NCBI RefSeq assembly: GCF_036916985.1
Contig: NZ_JBALFD010000014.1
Coordinates: 103,123-167,122, forward strand
Reading direction: 5' to 3'
Length of the DNA stretch: 64,000 nucleotides
Origin: Nostoc sp.
GTDB taxonomy: Bacteria > Cyanobacteriota > Cyanobacteriia > Cyanobacteriales > Nostocaceae
The notes under the pieces were generated by a model, which saw only the letters and a list, made by a program, of their open reading frames with translations, ran no database searches and was not told the origin of the DNA. Shown in pieces: positions 56,201 through 64,000 of this stretch. Every line of letters starts with the position of its first letter. The first letter of the stretch is position 1. The position numbers and the translations under genes were made by a program.

Positions 56201-58803
56201 CTTTCCCAGAAGATGCCGATTTAGTGAGGATGAATGCCGAAAGCTTTTTTGGCGTTCCTCTCACCAGTTCATCCGGCGAAATCATTGGACATCTAGCAGT
56301 GATTGATGTCAAACCTATGAAGCCCGATCCGGGACGAGAACTGATTGTGAAAATTTTTGCCGCCCGTGCCGGTGCCGAATTAGAACGCAAACAAGCAGAA
56401 GCCGCCTTACAGCAAAGCGAGTTAAAGTTTCGCACCATCGTGGAAAAGGTCAACGATGTGCTATTTGTGATCACTCCTGACGGGGTTTTCAACTATATTT
56501 CTCCTAATATCTTGAATACCACCGGATTTGCCCCCAGCGAAATTGAGGGTAATTCCTTGGCATTCTTTACTCATCCCGATGATGTGCCAAAATGTCAAGA
56601 AGTTGCCCAAAGTATCCTGGCAACAGGTGAGGGAATTTCGGGGACTGAATACCGCGCGAAACATCGTAGTCAAGGATGGGTTTGGCTAACTAGTAACGCA
56701 GTCCGTACCCAAGATGCCCAAGGTAATTTTCAGATTGTCGGTGTAGCTCGTGATATTAGCGATCGCAAACAAGCAGAAGCAGCCTTGCAACGTCGGACTC
56801 AAGCCGAAAGTTTAATCAGCAGCATTTCTCGGCAATTTATTGACCAAGATTTAGCAACAGCAATTAATTTTACACTGCAAGCGATCGCTCAATTTATTGA
56901 TGCTGAACACAGTTGCATTTTTGAATGCTCCCAGGATAAAAGTGAATTCAACCTGATCCATGAATGGTGTGGCGAAGATGTTGCACCATTGATTGATATT
57001 GCCAGAGGTTCGCCTGTGGAAGTTTTCCCCTATTTCTACGAGCCGATTCTCCGTGGTAAGCATCGACAAATCTCTTGTGTGGAAGATTTACCCCTGCATT
57101 TACCTGAGCGAATACTTTTTGAAAGTATGTCGTTTCAGTCTATACTCGCTGTGCCAATGGTTCATGCTGGCAGAGTAGTTGGGTTTGTTGGTGCAGCAAT
57201 GATTCACTACTCAAAAACCTGGAACCAAGAAGATATTAATCTATTAAAACTGGTAGGTGAAATAATTGCGATCGGTCGAGCTAGACACCAGGCAGAAGAA
57301 GCGCTAAGAATTGCCAAAGAAGCAGCCGAAACTGCCAACCGAGCCAAAAGTGCTTTCCTCGCTAACATGAGCCACGAACTGCGTACCCCTTTAAATGCGA
57401 TTCTGGGTTTTTCCCAATTAATGGAGCGAGACACTAGCCTTAACTCAAATCAGCGTGAATCATTAACTACCATTAACCGCAGTGGAGAACACTTACTCAA
57501 CTTAATTAACGATGTCTTGGAAATGTCCAAAATTGAAGCTGGGCAAATCATTTTCAACCCCGAAGACTTTGACCTATATCTGCTGTTGCAAACACTACAA
57601 GAAATGTTCAAAGTGCGGACACAGGCAAAGCAATTGTTTCTCAAATTTGAAATGGCTCCCAACCTCCCCCGCTACATCCAAACAGATGAAGGTAAACTCC
57701 GCCAAGTCTTAATCAATCTTTTGGGTAACGCCGTCAAGTTTACTCAGACTGGCGGAGTAACGTTGCGGGTAAGCTTAGGGAGCGGCGAGCAGGGAGAAAA
57801 TTCCTCTCCTCTGCCCCCCGCACCCTGCCCCTCTGCCTCTTCCCCATCCCTACACTTTGAAATCCAAGACACTGGACGGGGAATAGCAGCAGAAGAAATG
57901 AATAACCTGTTTCAGCCTTTTGTTCAGACAACAAGTGGTATTCAAACGAAGGAAGGAACTGGACTCGGACTGACTATCAGCCGTCAATTTGTGCGGTTAC
58001 TGGGAGGCGATATTAACTTGACAAGTAGCCCTGGGCAAGGATCTACTTTTAGTTTTGATATCCAAGTGAATTTAGCCGCAGCTTTGAAAGCTGCACCCAA
58101 ATTAAATAAGGGACGCGTACTCAAACTGGCAGCAAACCAGCCATCTTACCGTATTCTCGTAGTTGATGACCGTAAAGAAAACCGCGATCTCATAGTGCAA
58201 CTTCTTGGTAGTATTGGTTTTGAAATTCAGGCTGCGAATAATGGACAAGAAGCGATCGCTATTTGGCATACCTGGCAACCTCACTTAATTTGGATGGATA
58301 TGCGGATGCCTGTAATGAATGGCTACGATGCAACCAAAGAGATTAGAGCCAGGGAAAAAAATACAACTACAAATCTCCGCACTGTAATTATTGCCCTAAC
58401 TGCCAGTGCTTTTGAAGAACAACAGGCAAGTATCTTAGCCGCAGGTTGCGACGATTTGGTTCGTAAGCCATTTCGTGAGCAAGTGATTTTTGAAAAAATC
58501 GCTGAATATTTGCAGGTACGTTATATATATGCAGAAGAGAACAGGCAAGATCCAACAAACAACAACCTAGAGAATATTCAATCTTCTATCTTGGATCTTC
58601 GCTCTGCAATTACCCTTATGCCTACCCAATGGCTAACAGAACTTAATCAAGCAGCTATTGAAGTCGATGCTGAAAGAATTTTCCAACTAATTGAGCAAAT
58701 TCCACAAACTCATTCTGTTTTGGCAGAGAAATTGGCAAATTTAGTCCGTAGCTTCTGCTTTGATGAAATTATCGACCTAACCGAGGAAAATATCCAATTA
58801 TGA
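53248..58803 (+). CDS. multi-PAS/GAF hybrid sensor histidine kinase with receiver domain
   Basis: Repeated 'RDIT.RK.AE.AL..SE..YR' PAS-linker units (about 8), two GAF-like blocks, H-box 'SHELRTPLN', 'DTGRGI', 'GTGLGL', and REC 'ILVVDD...DMRMP..NG...ALTA'. Confidence 0.95.
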   Translation: MSTQQLEQVKQLQAIVNKMEVTLGAIADAVVWVGEDRLIQWCNSSFESLVNQPHDTVYGAKLTDLLPLTQLGQPVALSCYPDVQVLNGDYETTNYQLQQDGQTLTLQISGSCMGLSGDRCTILVIRDITLTQQTQESLQEIEERLQTLINATPDIICLKDGEGKWLLSNQANLEFLELQGVDYQGKTDSELAEFSNFYHDALVNCDKTDEEAWQLGCVHRVEEAIPRPDGTMSSLDMIKAPLFHQDGKRKALVVLGRDLSERKQTQVALENSLSLLSAIFESIQDGILVVDSSSNITSYNQKFLEMWSIPPELLTEPDHPQRLAYLANQLKDPDVFLQRVRELYSQPELVSYDWLELEDGRVFERYSCPQRIGEQIIGRVWSFRDITQRQRAEAALRQSELQYRSIFEAINDGLFIIEMETEKVAEINPAACQMHGYSYEEFLSLHPSVYIHPDSHPVFLEFVEKTRDGDQFYGQAVDICKDGTLINVEVKGTTCIYNGKRHILAIVRDITARKRTEEALRQSEAQYRDLVQTANCIILRWDGNGDIIFLNDYGQRLFGFDLDEIIGRNVIGTIVPETETSGRDLQTLMVDICQHPENYLFNENENLCKNGDRVWIVWANKPILDAQGNLIEILSVGTDATERKRAEAALQENELKFRSIVENANDLIFILSPEGIFTYHSPNVTALMGYSLEEIEGHSVVEFTKPEDLATSAAALQRAITGEKLTNIEVRLRHQNGSWRWFNFNTSTINTPNGEIAIAGVGRDITERKQAEEALRRSEMKYRNIFENSQVGIFRTWQKDGLIIDANQRGAEILGFTSAADLIGKYFTTDLYVNPEDRVQMLAELEESGEVRNFEVALRRLDGSVVWVLLSLRLNADESCLDCVFTDISDRKQQEQALRLIVEGTAAKTGNEFFNSCVRYLAEVLQVQYALVTEFNDDSRTKVRTLAFWSCGAINENLEYELQGTPCEYTLQGKMCHYPQAVQTTFPEDADLVRMNAESFFGVPLTSSSGEIIGHLAVIDVKPMKPDPGRELIVKIFAARAGAELERKQAEAALQQSELKFRTIVEKVNDVLFVITPDGVFNYISPNILNTTGFAPSEIEGNSLAFFTHPDDVPKCQEVAQSILATGEGISGTEYRAKHRSQGWVWLTSNAVRTQDAQGNFQIVGVARDISDRKQAEAALQRRTQAESLISSISRQFIDQDLATAINFTLQAIAQFIDAEHSCIFECSQDKSEFNLIHEWCGEDVAPLIDIARGSPVEVFPYFYEPILRGKHRQISCVEDLPLHLPERILFESMSFQSILAVPMVHAGRVVGFVGAAMIHYSKTWNQEDINLLKLVGEIIAIGRARHQAEEALRIAKEAAETANRAKSAFLANMSHELRTPLNAILGFSQLMERDTSLNSNQRESLTTINRSGEHLLNLINDVLEMSKIEAGQIIFNPEDFDLYLLLQTLQEMFKVRTQAKQLFLKFEMAPNLPRYIQTDEGKLRQVLINLLGNAVKFTQTGGVTLRVSLGSGEQGENSSPLPPAPCPSASSPSLHFEIQDTGRGIAAEEMNNLFQPFVQTTSGIQTKEGTGLGLTISRQFVRLLGGDINLTSSPGQGSTFSFDIQVNLAAALKAAPKLNKGRVLKLAANQPSYRILVVDDRKENRDLIVQLLGSIGFEIQAANNGQEAIAIWHTWQPHLIWMDMRMPVMNGYDATKEIRAREKNTTTNLRTVIIALTASAFEEQQASILAAGCDDLVRKPFREQVIFEKIAEYLQVRYIYAEENRQDPTNNNLENIQSSILDLRSAITLMPTQWLTELNQAAIEVDAERIFQLIEQIPQTHSVLAEKLANLVRSFCFDEIIDLTEENIQL

Positions 58804-59345
58804 ACAGCAAAATTAAATTCTTGACTTTTGCCACCGTAATGCTAACAGTTTCTTCTCAAACTATCAGCATAGTTGTAGCACAGGCGAAACTAACAAACCA
58901 ATCAAAGCTGTTTATCAACGGCATTGGTGCAGTACAAATTGGCATGACTGTTCCCCAAGCAACAAAGGCTGCTGGTACTAAACTAGTAGGTGATTCACCA
59001 AATAACAATTGCTATTATGTTAAGCCACAAAATGAACCGAAAAATCTTTCGTTCATGGTGACAAAAGGTCGTATTTCTAGAGTAGATGTGCGGCAAAATA
59101 CTCAGATTACTACTCTCAAAGGCGCAAAAATTGGCGACACTGAAGCGCGAATCAAGTCCCTTTACCCAGGACAAATTAAAGTCACACCTCATAAATACGT
59201 CCAAAATGGACATTACCTAACTTTCATCCCCAAAGATCGCGCTGATCAGAACTACCGTGTAGTCTTTGAAACTGATGGTAAGCTTGTCACTCAGTTCAGA
59301 GCGGGTAAATTACCAGAAGTTGAATATGTTGAAGGCTGTTCTTAA
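58800..59345 (+). CDS. secreted hypothetical protein
   Basis: The ATG overlaps the kinase stop (ATGA). The N-terminus is signal-peptide-like: 'MNSKIKFLTFATVMLTVSSQTISIVVAQA'. Confidence 0.6.
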   Translation: MNSKIKFLTFATVMLTVSSQTISIVVAQAKLTNQSKLFINGIGAVQIGMTVPQATKAAGTKLVGDSPNNNCYYVKPQNEPKNLSFMVTKGRISRVDVRQNTQITTLKGAKIGDTEARIKSLYPGQIKVTPHKYVQNGHYLTFIPKDRADQNYRVVFETDGKLVTQFRAGKLPEVEYVEGCS

Positions 59346-59490
59346 TTTAACTATTTCAGCTTTTTAAAGGCGATTAGACAATCTTGAATGCAAAATACCG
59401 ACTCAGTTACCCAGTATTAACAATTGAACCCAACGTCTACATAAGATAAGCGGCTGCGCCCCATTCTCAGTAAATAATCTGGTAAATAAA

Positions 59491-59955
59491 ATGGCAAAAG
59501 AAATAGAGCGGAAATATTTAGTGAGAGGAGATAGCTGGAGAGAATTAGCTGAAGGTAGTGTATATCGTCAAGGATATATTGCCACACAAGATAAAGCGAC
59601 TGTACGTATACGTATAGTCGGGGAAAAAAGTTATTTGACCATTAAAGGCCCTAATATTAAATATTCAAGATTAGAGTTTGAGTATCCTATTCCTGTTGAA
59701 GATGCTCAAGAAATACTTGAAACATTATGCGAACGTCCTTTTATCGAAAAAATCAGATATAAAATAGAGTCGGGTGGTTTAATTTGGGAAATAGATGAGT
59801 TTGATGGTGTTAATAAAGGATTGATATTAGCAGAAGTTGAACTCAGTGATGAAAATCAACAAATTGAACTACCAACCTGGATTGGACAAGAAGTTTCTGA
59901 TGATTCCAGATATTTCAACAGCAATTTAGTAAAACACCCTTTTTCACAATGGTAA
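59491..59955 (+). CDS. CYTH-domain protein (CyaB/ThTPase-like triphosphate tunnel enzyme)
   Basis: N-terminal 'EIERKYLV' EXEXK signature, and the size fits the family. Confidence 0.85.
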   Translation: MAKEIERKYLVRGDSWRELAEGSVYRQGYIATQDKATVRIRIVGEKSYLTIKGPNIKYSRLEFEYPIPVEDAQEILETLCERPFIEKIRYKIESGGLIWEIDEFDGVNKGLILAEVELSDENQQIELPTWIGQEVSDDSRYFNSNLVKHPFSQW

Positions 59956-60007
59956 TGCCTGAAATATCGAGAACATCCCGATTTTATAAAAATATCTAAC
60001 CAATAGA

Positions 60008-60109
60008 ATGAGACTGTTGGCGAATTCATGTAAACCGCAATTTCTGGAGTGAGAAGCTACGACATCTCAAGCGTTGAGGATAGCGATCGCAATTCGCCAA
60101 CAGAGTCAT
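60008..60109. mobile_element. 102-bp MITE with TIR atgagactgttggcgaattc / gcaattcgccaacagagtcat
   Basis: Termini read directly. Related to 50858..51035. Confidence 0.75.
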
Positions 60110-60265
60110 AAATTAGCCGCTACAGAAACGTAGGCAAAGCCTTTCCACAGAGGTATACTAAAAACGGATGATTGCTAGACTTTTGCCCAGGCAAAAATCT
60201 TTGTATATCAATACTTCTGGCGATTTTAAAACTAAAGCTGCAACCCGTCTTTAGTATACAATCTT

Positions 60266-60428
60266 AGAGGTTGTTTGAAAAGTATTTCGCTGTGACTTTA
60301 GACACTTTTAGATCCCCCCTAACCCCCCTTAAAAAGGGGGGAACCGGAGTTAAAGTCCCCCTTTTTAACGGGGATTTAGGGGGATCTAGAACGTTTTGCT
60401 ACCAAGAAGAGGACTTTTCAAACATCCT
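60266..60428 (+). mobile_element. intact 163-bp MITE (agaggttgtttgaaaagt ... acttttcaaacatcct)
   Basis: Terminal inverted repeats plus an internal palindrome ccccccttaaaaagggggg. Serves as the reference for the interrupted copy at 6496..6972. Confidence 0.85.
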
Positions 60429-60446
60429 ATTATATCGCAAGGTGTA

Positions 60447-60560
60447 AGAGGATGTTTGAAAAGTCTAATTTATTACTAGTCCTGGCGATTAGAAATCGCG
60501 GCTACACGAGACTTTACCCACCTTTCCTACGGAACGCTACGCGAACGTGGGTTAAAGACT
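60447..60560 (+). repeat. about 114-bp dispersed repeat, second copy
   Basis: Aligns with 50538..50651. Confidence 0.85.
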
Positions 60561-60579
60561 AGATACAAAATCAAATATT

Positions 60580-60613
60580 CCAGCAGAATTGAGCCTTTGG
60601 CTTTATCTGCTGG
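60580..60613 (-). terminator. hairpin downstream of the rbp gene
   Basis: ccagcag...ctgctgg stem. The minus strand continues aatatttgattttg. Confidence 0.45.
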
Positions 60614-60646
60614 AGACTCTAAATGTGAAATTTTCAGGAACCGACT

Positions 60647-60961
60647 TTAGTAGCGATTATTGTTGCGGCGGGCATTATTACCGCCACCCCAGCTACCACG
60701 AGAAGAGTTACTTCTTTCCTCACGAGGTTTAGCTTTGTTGACTTTCAAATCACGTCCCATCCACTCAGCACCATCAAGTGCATCAATGGCAGCTTGTTCT
60801 TGGGTGTCTGATTCCATTTCTACAAAAGCGAACCCACGCGGCCGGCCTGTTTCCCGATCTGTGGGTAGTTGAACACGACTTACTTTTCCGTATTCTGCAA
60901 AAGCCTGCTTGAGGTCATCCTCTGTAACCTGATAGGACAGGTTTCCGACGTAAATTGACAT
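60647..60961 (-). CDS. rbp: RRM-type RNA-binding protein with Gly/Arg/Asn tail
   Basis: RNP2 'IYVGNL', RNP1 'RGFAFVEM'. The ATG at 60961 lies within the longer track ORF. Confidence 0.9.
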   Translation of the reverse strand: MSIYVGNLSYQVTEDDLKQAFAEYGKVSRVQLPTDRETGRPRGFAFVEMESDTQEQAAIDALDGAEWMGRDLKVNKAKPREERSNSSRGSWGGGNNARRNNNRY

Positions 60962-61353
60962 AGAAATCTCCGAATTCAGGGAGTGTAGAGAGTTAAATTC
61001 GGAGAGACGGTTTTTAGAAATCAAAACTAGTTACTCAACCGAAAATAATCTTTATGTCCATGAGTGTAGCACAGCCTCTAGCCTTTGAATATCGTCCGAT
61101 CGTGAATTTTATTGACAAATAGAACCTTTAGGACAGGTTCGCAAACCTTCCAACGACAGGCTTTTGTTGTTTGTACTATAAAAGTTACACTTTTAACAGG
61201 AAATCGATATTTAGTTAGCGATCGCTCAGATATGTAGTGTTTTGAAAATGGCGATATGGACTAAGGGCGAAGATTATTAGTAGTTCTGGTGAATATACCA
61301 TGACTAACTGTTTTAAAAACAAAATTAAAAAATATTCATCTTCAAATATCCCA

Positions 61354-62211
61354 TTAGCTCTGGTCAAAGTGCGCTAAAATCCTTTCTGCTTCCTGACACA
61401 GCAATTCGTGATATTCACCATTACTAGCCAGCAAACCTCCCCATTGATTAATATCACCAGTGTTATACTGCAACGGAGTACCATCGAAGTGAGTAAATTT
61501 ACCACCAGCTTCCGTTAAAATCAATTCTGGGGCTGCTATGTCCCAATCTTTGGGCGCAGACTTACCAGAAAGAGAAATGTAGATATCTGCATCTTGCTCG
61601 ACAATGGTGGCGATTTTACAGCCTACACTACCCACAGATTTCTGATTTTGAGAGGGTAAGTTTTGTAATAAGTGATCTAAGCGTTGGTTGCGGTGGGAGC
61701 GACTAACAACTAAGGTTAAATCTTCAATTCCTTTGCCTGACGAAACTTGTAAAGGAACAGATCCATCAGGGGTTTCTACAAATGTACCTCCACCTTTGGT
61801 AGCGTAATATAACTTTTGAGTCTCTGGTACTGCCACCACTGCTAATACTGGGCGTGTTTCCTTGACTAAAGCAATGTGAACTGCATAATCCCCGGTTTTT
61901 TCGATAAAGTCTCGTGTACCATCCAAAGGATCAATGATCCATACCCAAGGGGTGGAATGCGTATCAATATTTGACGATTGATAAGTTTCTTCACTGATGT
62001 AAGCAAAATCTTCGTTACCTAAAGTTGCTTGTAGCCTCTGCAAAATGTATTGACTTACGGCAACATCGGCAACGGTAACAGGCTCATTCTCCTTGTACTG
62101 TACTTCTAGGTTTGGGTCTTTTGCAGTGCCGTGATAATACGATCGCAGTATTTCTGCTGCACCCCAACCTACCTCACGAGCGATCGCTAATATTTCTTGT
62201 AAGTCTTTCAT
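61354..62211 (-). CDS. inositol monophosphatase / CysQ-family 3'(2'),5'-bisphosphate nucleotidase
   Basis: 'ISEE', 'WIIDPLDGT' and 'KDWD.AA' metal-binding motifs. Confidence 0.8.
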   Translation of the reverse strand: MKDLQEILAIAREVGWGAAEILRSYYHGTAKDPNLEVQYKENEPVTVADVAVSQYILQRLQATLGNEDFAYISEETYQSSNIDTHSTPWVWIIDPLDGTRDFIEKTGDYAVHIALVKETRPVLAVVAVPETQKLYYATKGGGTFVETPDGSVPLQVSSGKGIEDLTLVVSRSHRNQRLDHLLQNLPSQNQKSVGSVGCKIATIVEQDADIYISLSGKSAPKDWDIAAPELILTEAGGKFTHFDGTPLQYNTGDINQWGGLLASNGEYHELLCQEAERILAHFDQS

Positions 62212-63104
62212 TAATTTAATTCCATCCAGCGCCGTGTACCAAACAATTTACAAGAATCAGCAGCAATATTAGCTGCTAGTCCTAGTGCATCAGTAAAACT
62301 TTCCCTTAAAATGTAATGACAGAAAGCACCGTGGAAAATATCTCCAGCCCCTAAGGTATCAACCGCTTGAATCTGCGGCACATCTACGATACCAGTTTTA
62401 GTGCAACTCAAGTATTCAATTGGGTTTTGTCCGTGGGTAATGGCGATGTGAGGAATATCAAATCCACTGAGATAAGCAAAAACATCTTCTCTAGTCTGGC
62501 AGTTGGGGGGATAAAAATTAGCTGAACAGATGGCATAATCTACAAATGGCAGAATTTGCTCAAATCCAGGCTTCCAACTACCAGCATCAATTACTATTGG
62601 AATATTCTTGGCTTTAGCCATTTGGGCTAGAGCATAACTAACCGCCATCTGATGCCCATCAATCAGTAATATATTGACATTTTGCAAAATATCTGCTGGT
62701 ATAGATGCGCTGCTGACTTGAATTTTAACAGCATTAATGGAAACCACAGATCGTTCACCTGTGGATTGGGTGACAATAATTGAAGATACAGGCGGTGCTA
62801 AATCAGTGGTAGGCTCAAGGTCTGCGATCGCAACTTTATAATTTGCCAAATCACCTCGAATTAGCTGCGTCATCGGGTGAGAACCCACTACACCCAAGAC
62901 TGTAGCTTGATTACCTAAATAGCTAAAAGTCACAGCCGCGTTGGTAGCTGGCCCCCCTGCCGCTACAGTATAGTCAGTAGCGACAATCTTCTGGTTACTC
63001 TTAGGTGCAGACTCAGCCAGGTAAATCAAATCCAAGGTTACTAAACCTACAAATAACCCACGATCCGATTTTGGATTTTGGATTTTGGATTTTGGATTAT
63101 CCAT
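62211..63104 (-). CDS. PfkB-family carbohydrate kinase with STRR-encoded N-terminus
   Basis: 'GGPATNAA' and C-terminal 'DTLGAGDIFHGAF'. The only ATG is at 63104, so the first 13 aa come from the heptamer array. Confidence 0.8.
   Translation of the reverse strand: MDNPKSKIQNPKSDRGLFVGLVTLDLIYLAESAPKSNQKIVATDYTVAAGGPATNAAVTFSYLGNQATVLGVVGSHPMTQLIRGDLANYKVAIADLEPTTDLAPPVSSIIVTQSTGERSVVSINAVKIQVSSASIPADILQNVNILLIDGHQMAVSYALAQMAKAKNIPIVIDAGSWKPGFEQILPFVDYAICSANFYPPNCQTREDVFAYLSGFDIPHIAITHGQNPIEYLSCTKTGIVDVPQIQAVDTLGAGDIFHGAFCHYILRESFTDALGLAANIAADSCKLFGTRRWMELN
63067..63098. repeat. STRR heptamer array (gattttg)n, the complement of aaatcca
   Basis: gattttggattttggattttggattttggatt read directly. 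It encodes 'NPKSKIQNPKS' on the minus strand. Confidence 0.95.
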
Positions 63105-63140
63105 TTCTCATATATGTTCTTAATTATTTTTAACTCTTGT

Positions 63141-63208
63141 ACAAACGCGATTTATCGCGTCTCTCCTGTCTCTCCGGCACAGACGCGATGAATAGCGTCT
63201 CTACAAAC
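63141..63208. repeat. two variant copies of the gagacgcgat..atcgcgtctc hairpin repeat
   Basis: acaaacgcgatttatcgcgtctctcc and cagacgcgatgaatagcgtctctac. Confidence 0.7.
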
Positions 63209-63223
63209 TCCTAACTCTTGCTC

Positions 63224-64000
63224 ATGCAAACCGATCCAAAACCAGGAACACTTTACGTTGTCGGCACACCAATTGGCAACCTGGAAGATATAACCTTTCG
63301 GGCGGTGCGAATTTTACAGACTGTGGATATCATTGCTGCCGAAGACACACGTCATACAGGGAAACTGCTACAGCATTTTCAAGTTAAGACACCCCAGGTA
63401 AGTTACCATGAACACAATCGTACTAGCCGCATCCCAGAATTATTAGAGCATTTAGTTAATCATAAAGCGATCGCTCTGGTGAGTGATGCTGGGATGCCAG
63501 GTATTTCTGATCCTGGATATGAACTGGTGAAAGCCTGTATTGAGGCGGGAATTCCAGTAGTTCCCATTCCTGGCGCTAGTGCAGCAATTACCGCTTTGAG
63601 TGCAGCTGGATTACCAACGGATCGGTTTGTCTTTGAAGGCTTCCTCCCGTCTAAAAGTCAACAGAGACAGGAACATTTAGAATCTCTGCAAACAGAATCT
63701 CGCACATTGATTTTCTATGAATCGCCCCACCGCTTGCGAGATACTTTACAAGACTTAGCTCTTGTTTGGGGAAGCGATCGCCAAATTGTGCTAGGACGGG
63801 AGCTAACTAAATTGTATGAAGAATTTTGGCGGGGGACAATTGCCGAGGCGATCGCTCACTACACCCAACGAGAACCCCAAGGTGAATATACATTAGTAGT
63901 GGCAGGAGTTCCACTCAGTCAGCCCCAGCTGACAGAAGAGGAGTTGATAGCCGAATTGAAACAGTTAATTAGTCAGGGAATATCGCGATCGCAAGCTAGT
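63224..64000 (+). CDS. rsmI: 16S rRNA (cytidine1402-2'-O)-methyltransferase RsmI (3' end off window)
   Basis: My own translation is 'MQTDPKPGTLYVVGTPIGNLEDITFRAVRILQTVDIIAAEDTRHTGKLL...SDAGMPGISDPG...FYESPHRL', the tetrapyrrole-methylase-fold RsmI pattern. It is not in the ORF track because no stop is reached. Confidence 0.9.
   Translation, partial: MQTDPKPGTLYVVGTPIGNLEDITFRAVRILQTVDIIAAEDTRHTGKLLQHFQVKTPQVSYHEHNRTSRIPELLEHLVNHKAIALVSDAGMPGISDPGYELVKACIEAGIPVVPIPGASAAITALSAAGLPTDRFVFEGFLPSKSQQRQEHLESLQTESRTLIFYESPHRLRDTLQDLALVWGSDRQIVLGRELTKLYEEFWRGTIAEAIAHYTQREPQGEYTLVVAGVPLSQPQLTEEELIAELKQLISQGISRSQAS

Noticed and set aside
53248-58803. About a dozen 60-107-aa ORFs on either strand inside the hybrid kinase gene, and similar ones inside smc, GH57, actP, the FAD monooxygenase and the ABC genes
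   Set aside because: They are nested in or antisense to long ORFs that have complete, ordered domain signatures. This is typical of chance ORFs.
61025-61353. Long 5' region of the rbp (RRM) gene as a regulatory leader
   Set aside because: It is plausible from what is known of cold-regulated cyanobacterial rbp genes. However, I could not identify a specific conserved structure in the sequence, so I do not report it as a feature.
1-64000. Search by eye for tRNA, rRNA, tmRNA, RNase P, SRP RNA and common riboswitch cores in all intergenic gaps over 150 bp
   Set aside because: I found nothing resembling these. The gaps are explained by repeats and MITEs or by AT-rich spacers. A covariance-model scan (Infernal/Rfam, tRNAscan-SE) would be needed to be sure.

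Overview
This window is a chromosomal segment from a heterocyst-forming (Nostoc/Anabaena-type) cyanobacterium. The evidence is the very frequent HIP1 octamer GCGATCGC, heptameric STRR arrays, and a flavodoxin that I recall as very close to Anabaena IsiB. I can support about 55 protein-coding genes. Housekeeping genes include smc, ssb, actP with a yjcH-like partner, a GH57 glucan enzyme, a Ca2+/H+ exchanger, isiB, pip, rsmI, an RRM RNA-binding protein, ABC proteins, a Ser/Thr kinase and an 1851-aa PAS/GAF hybrid histidine kinase. Accessory and conflict genes include a GmrSD-like nuclease, DUF559, a RelE-type TA pair, two DUF433/DUF5615 pairs, HNH and PD-(D/E)xK proteins, and IS630 and antitoxin fragments. 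I found no rRNA, tRNA or CRISPR array by eye. Intergenic space is saturated with several families of small repeats and MITEs, some with TIRs, 5-bp TSDs and nested insertions. Heptamer repeats have also been absorbed in frame into several conserved proteins. The most interesting locus is a markedly AT-rich block of about 4.9 kb on the minus strand (40239-45078). It encodes a 1236-aa helicase-like P-loop NTPase with large unassignable N- and C-terminal regions. Three short ORFs precede it. They have no ATG of their own and are linked by an in-frame TGA, a U-UUU-UAA-G junction and a -1 overlap. A DUF433/DUF5615 pair follows directly. I consider this block a candidate uncharacterised defence or conflict system. 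All functional calls come from motif recognition by eye, because no searches could be run.
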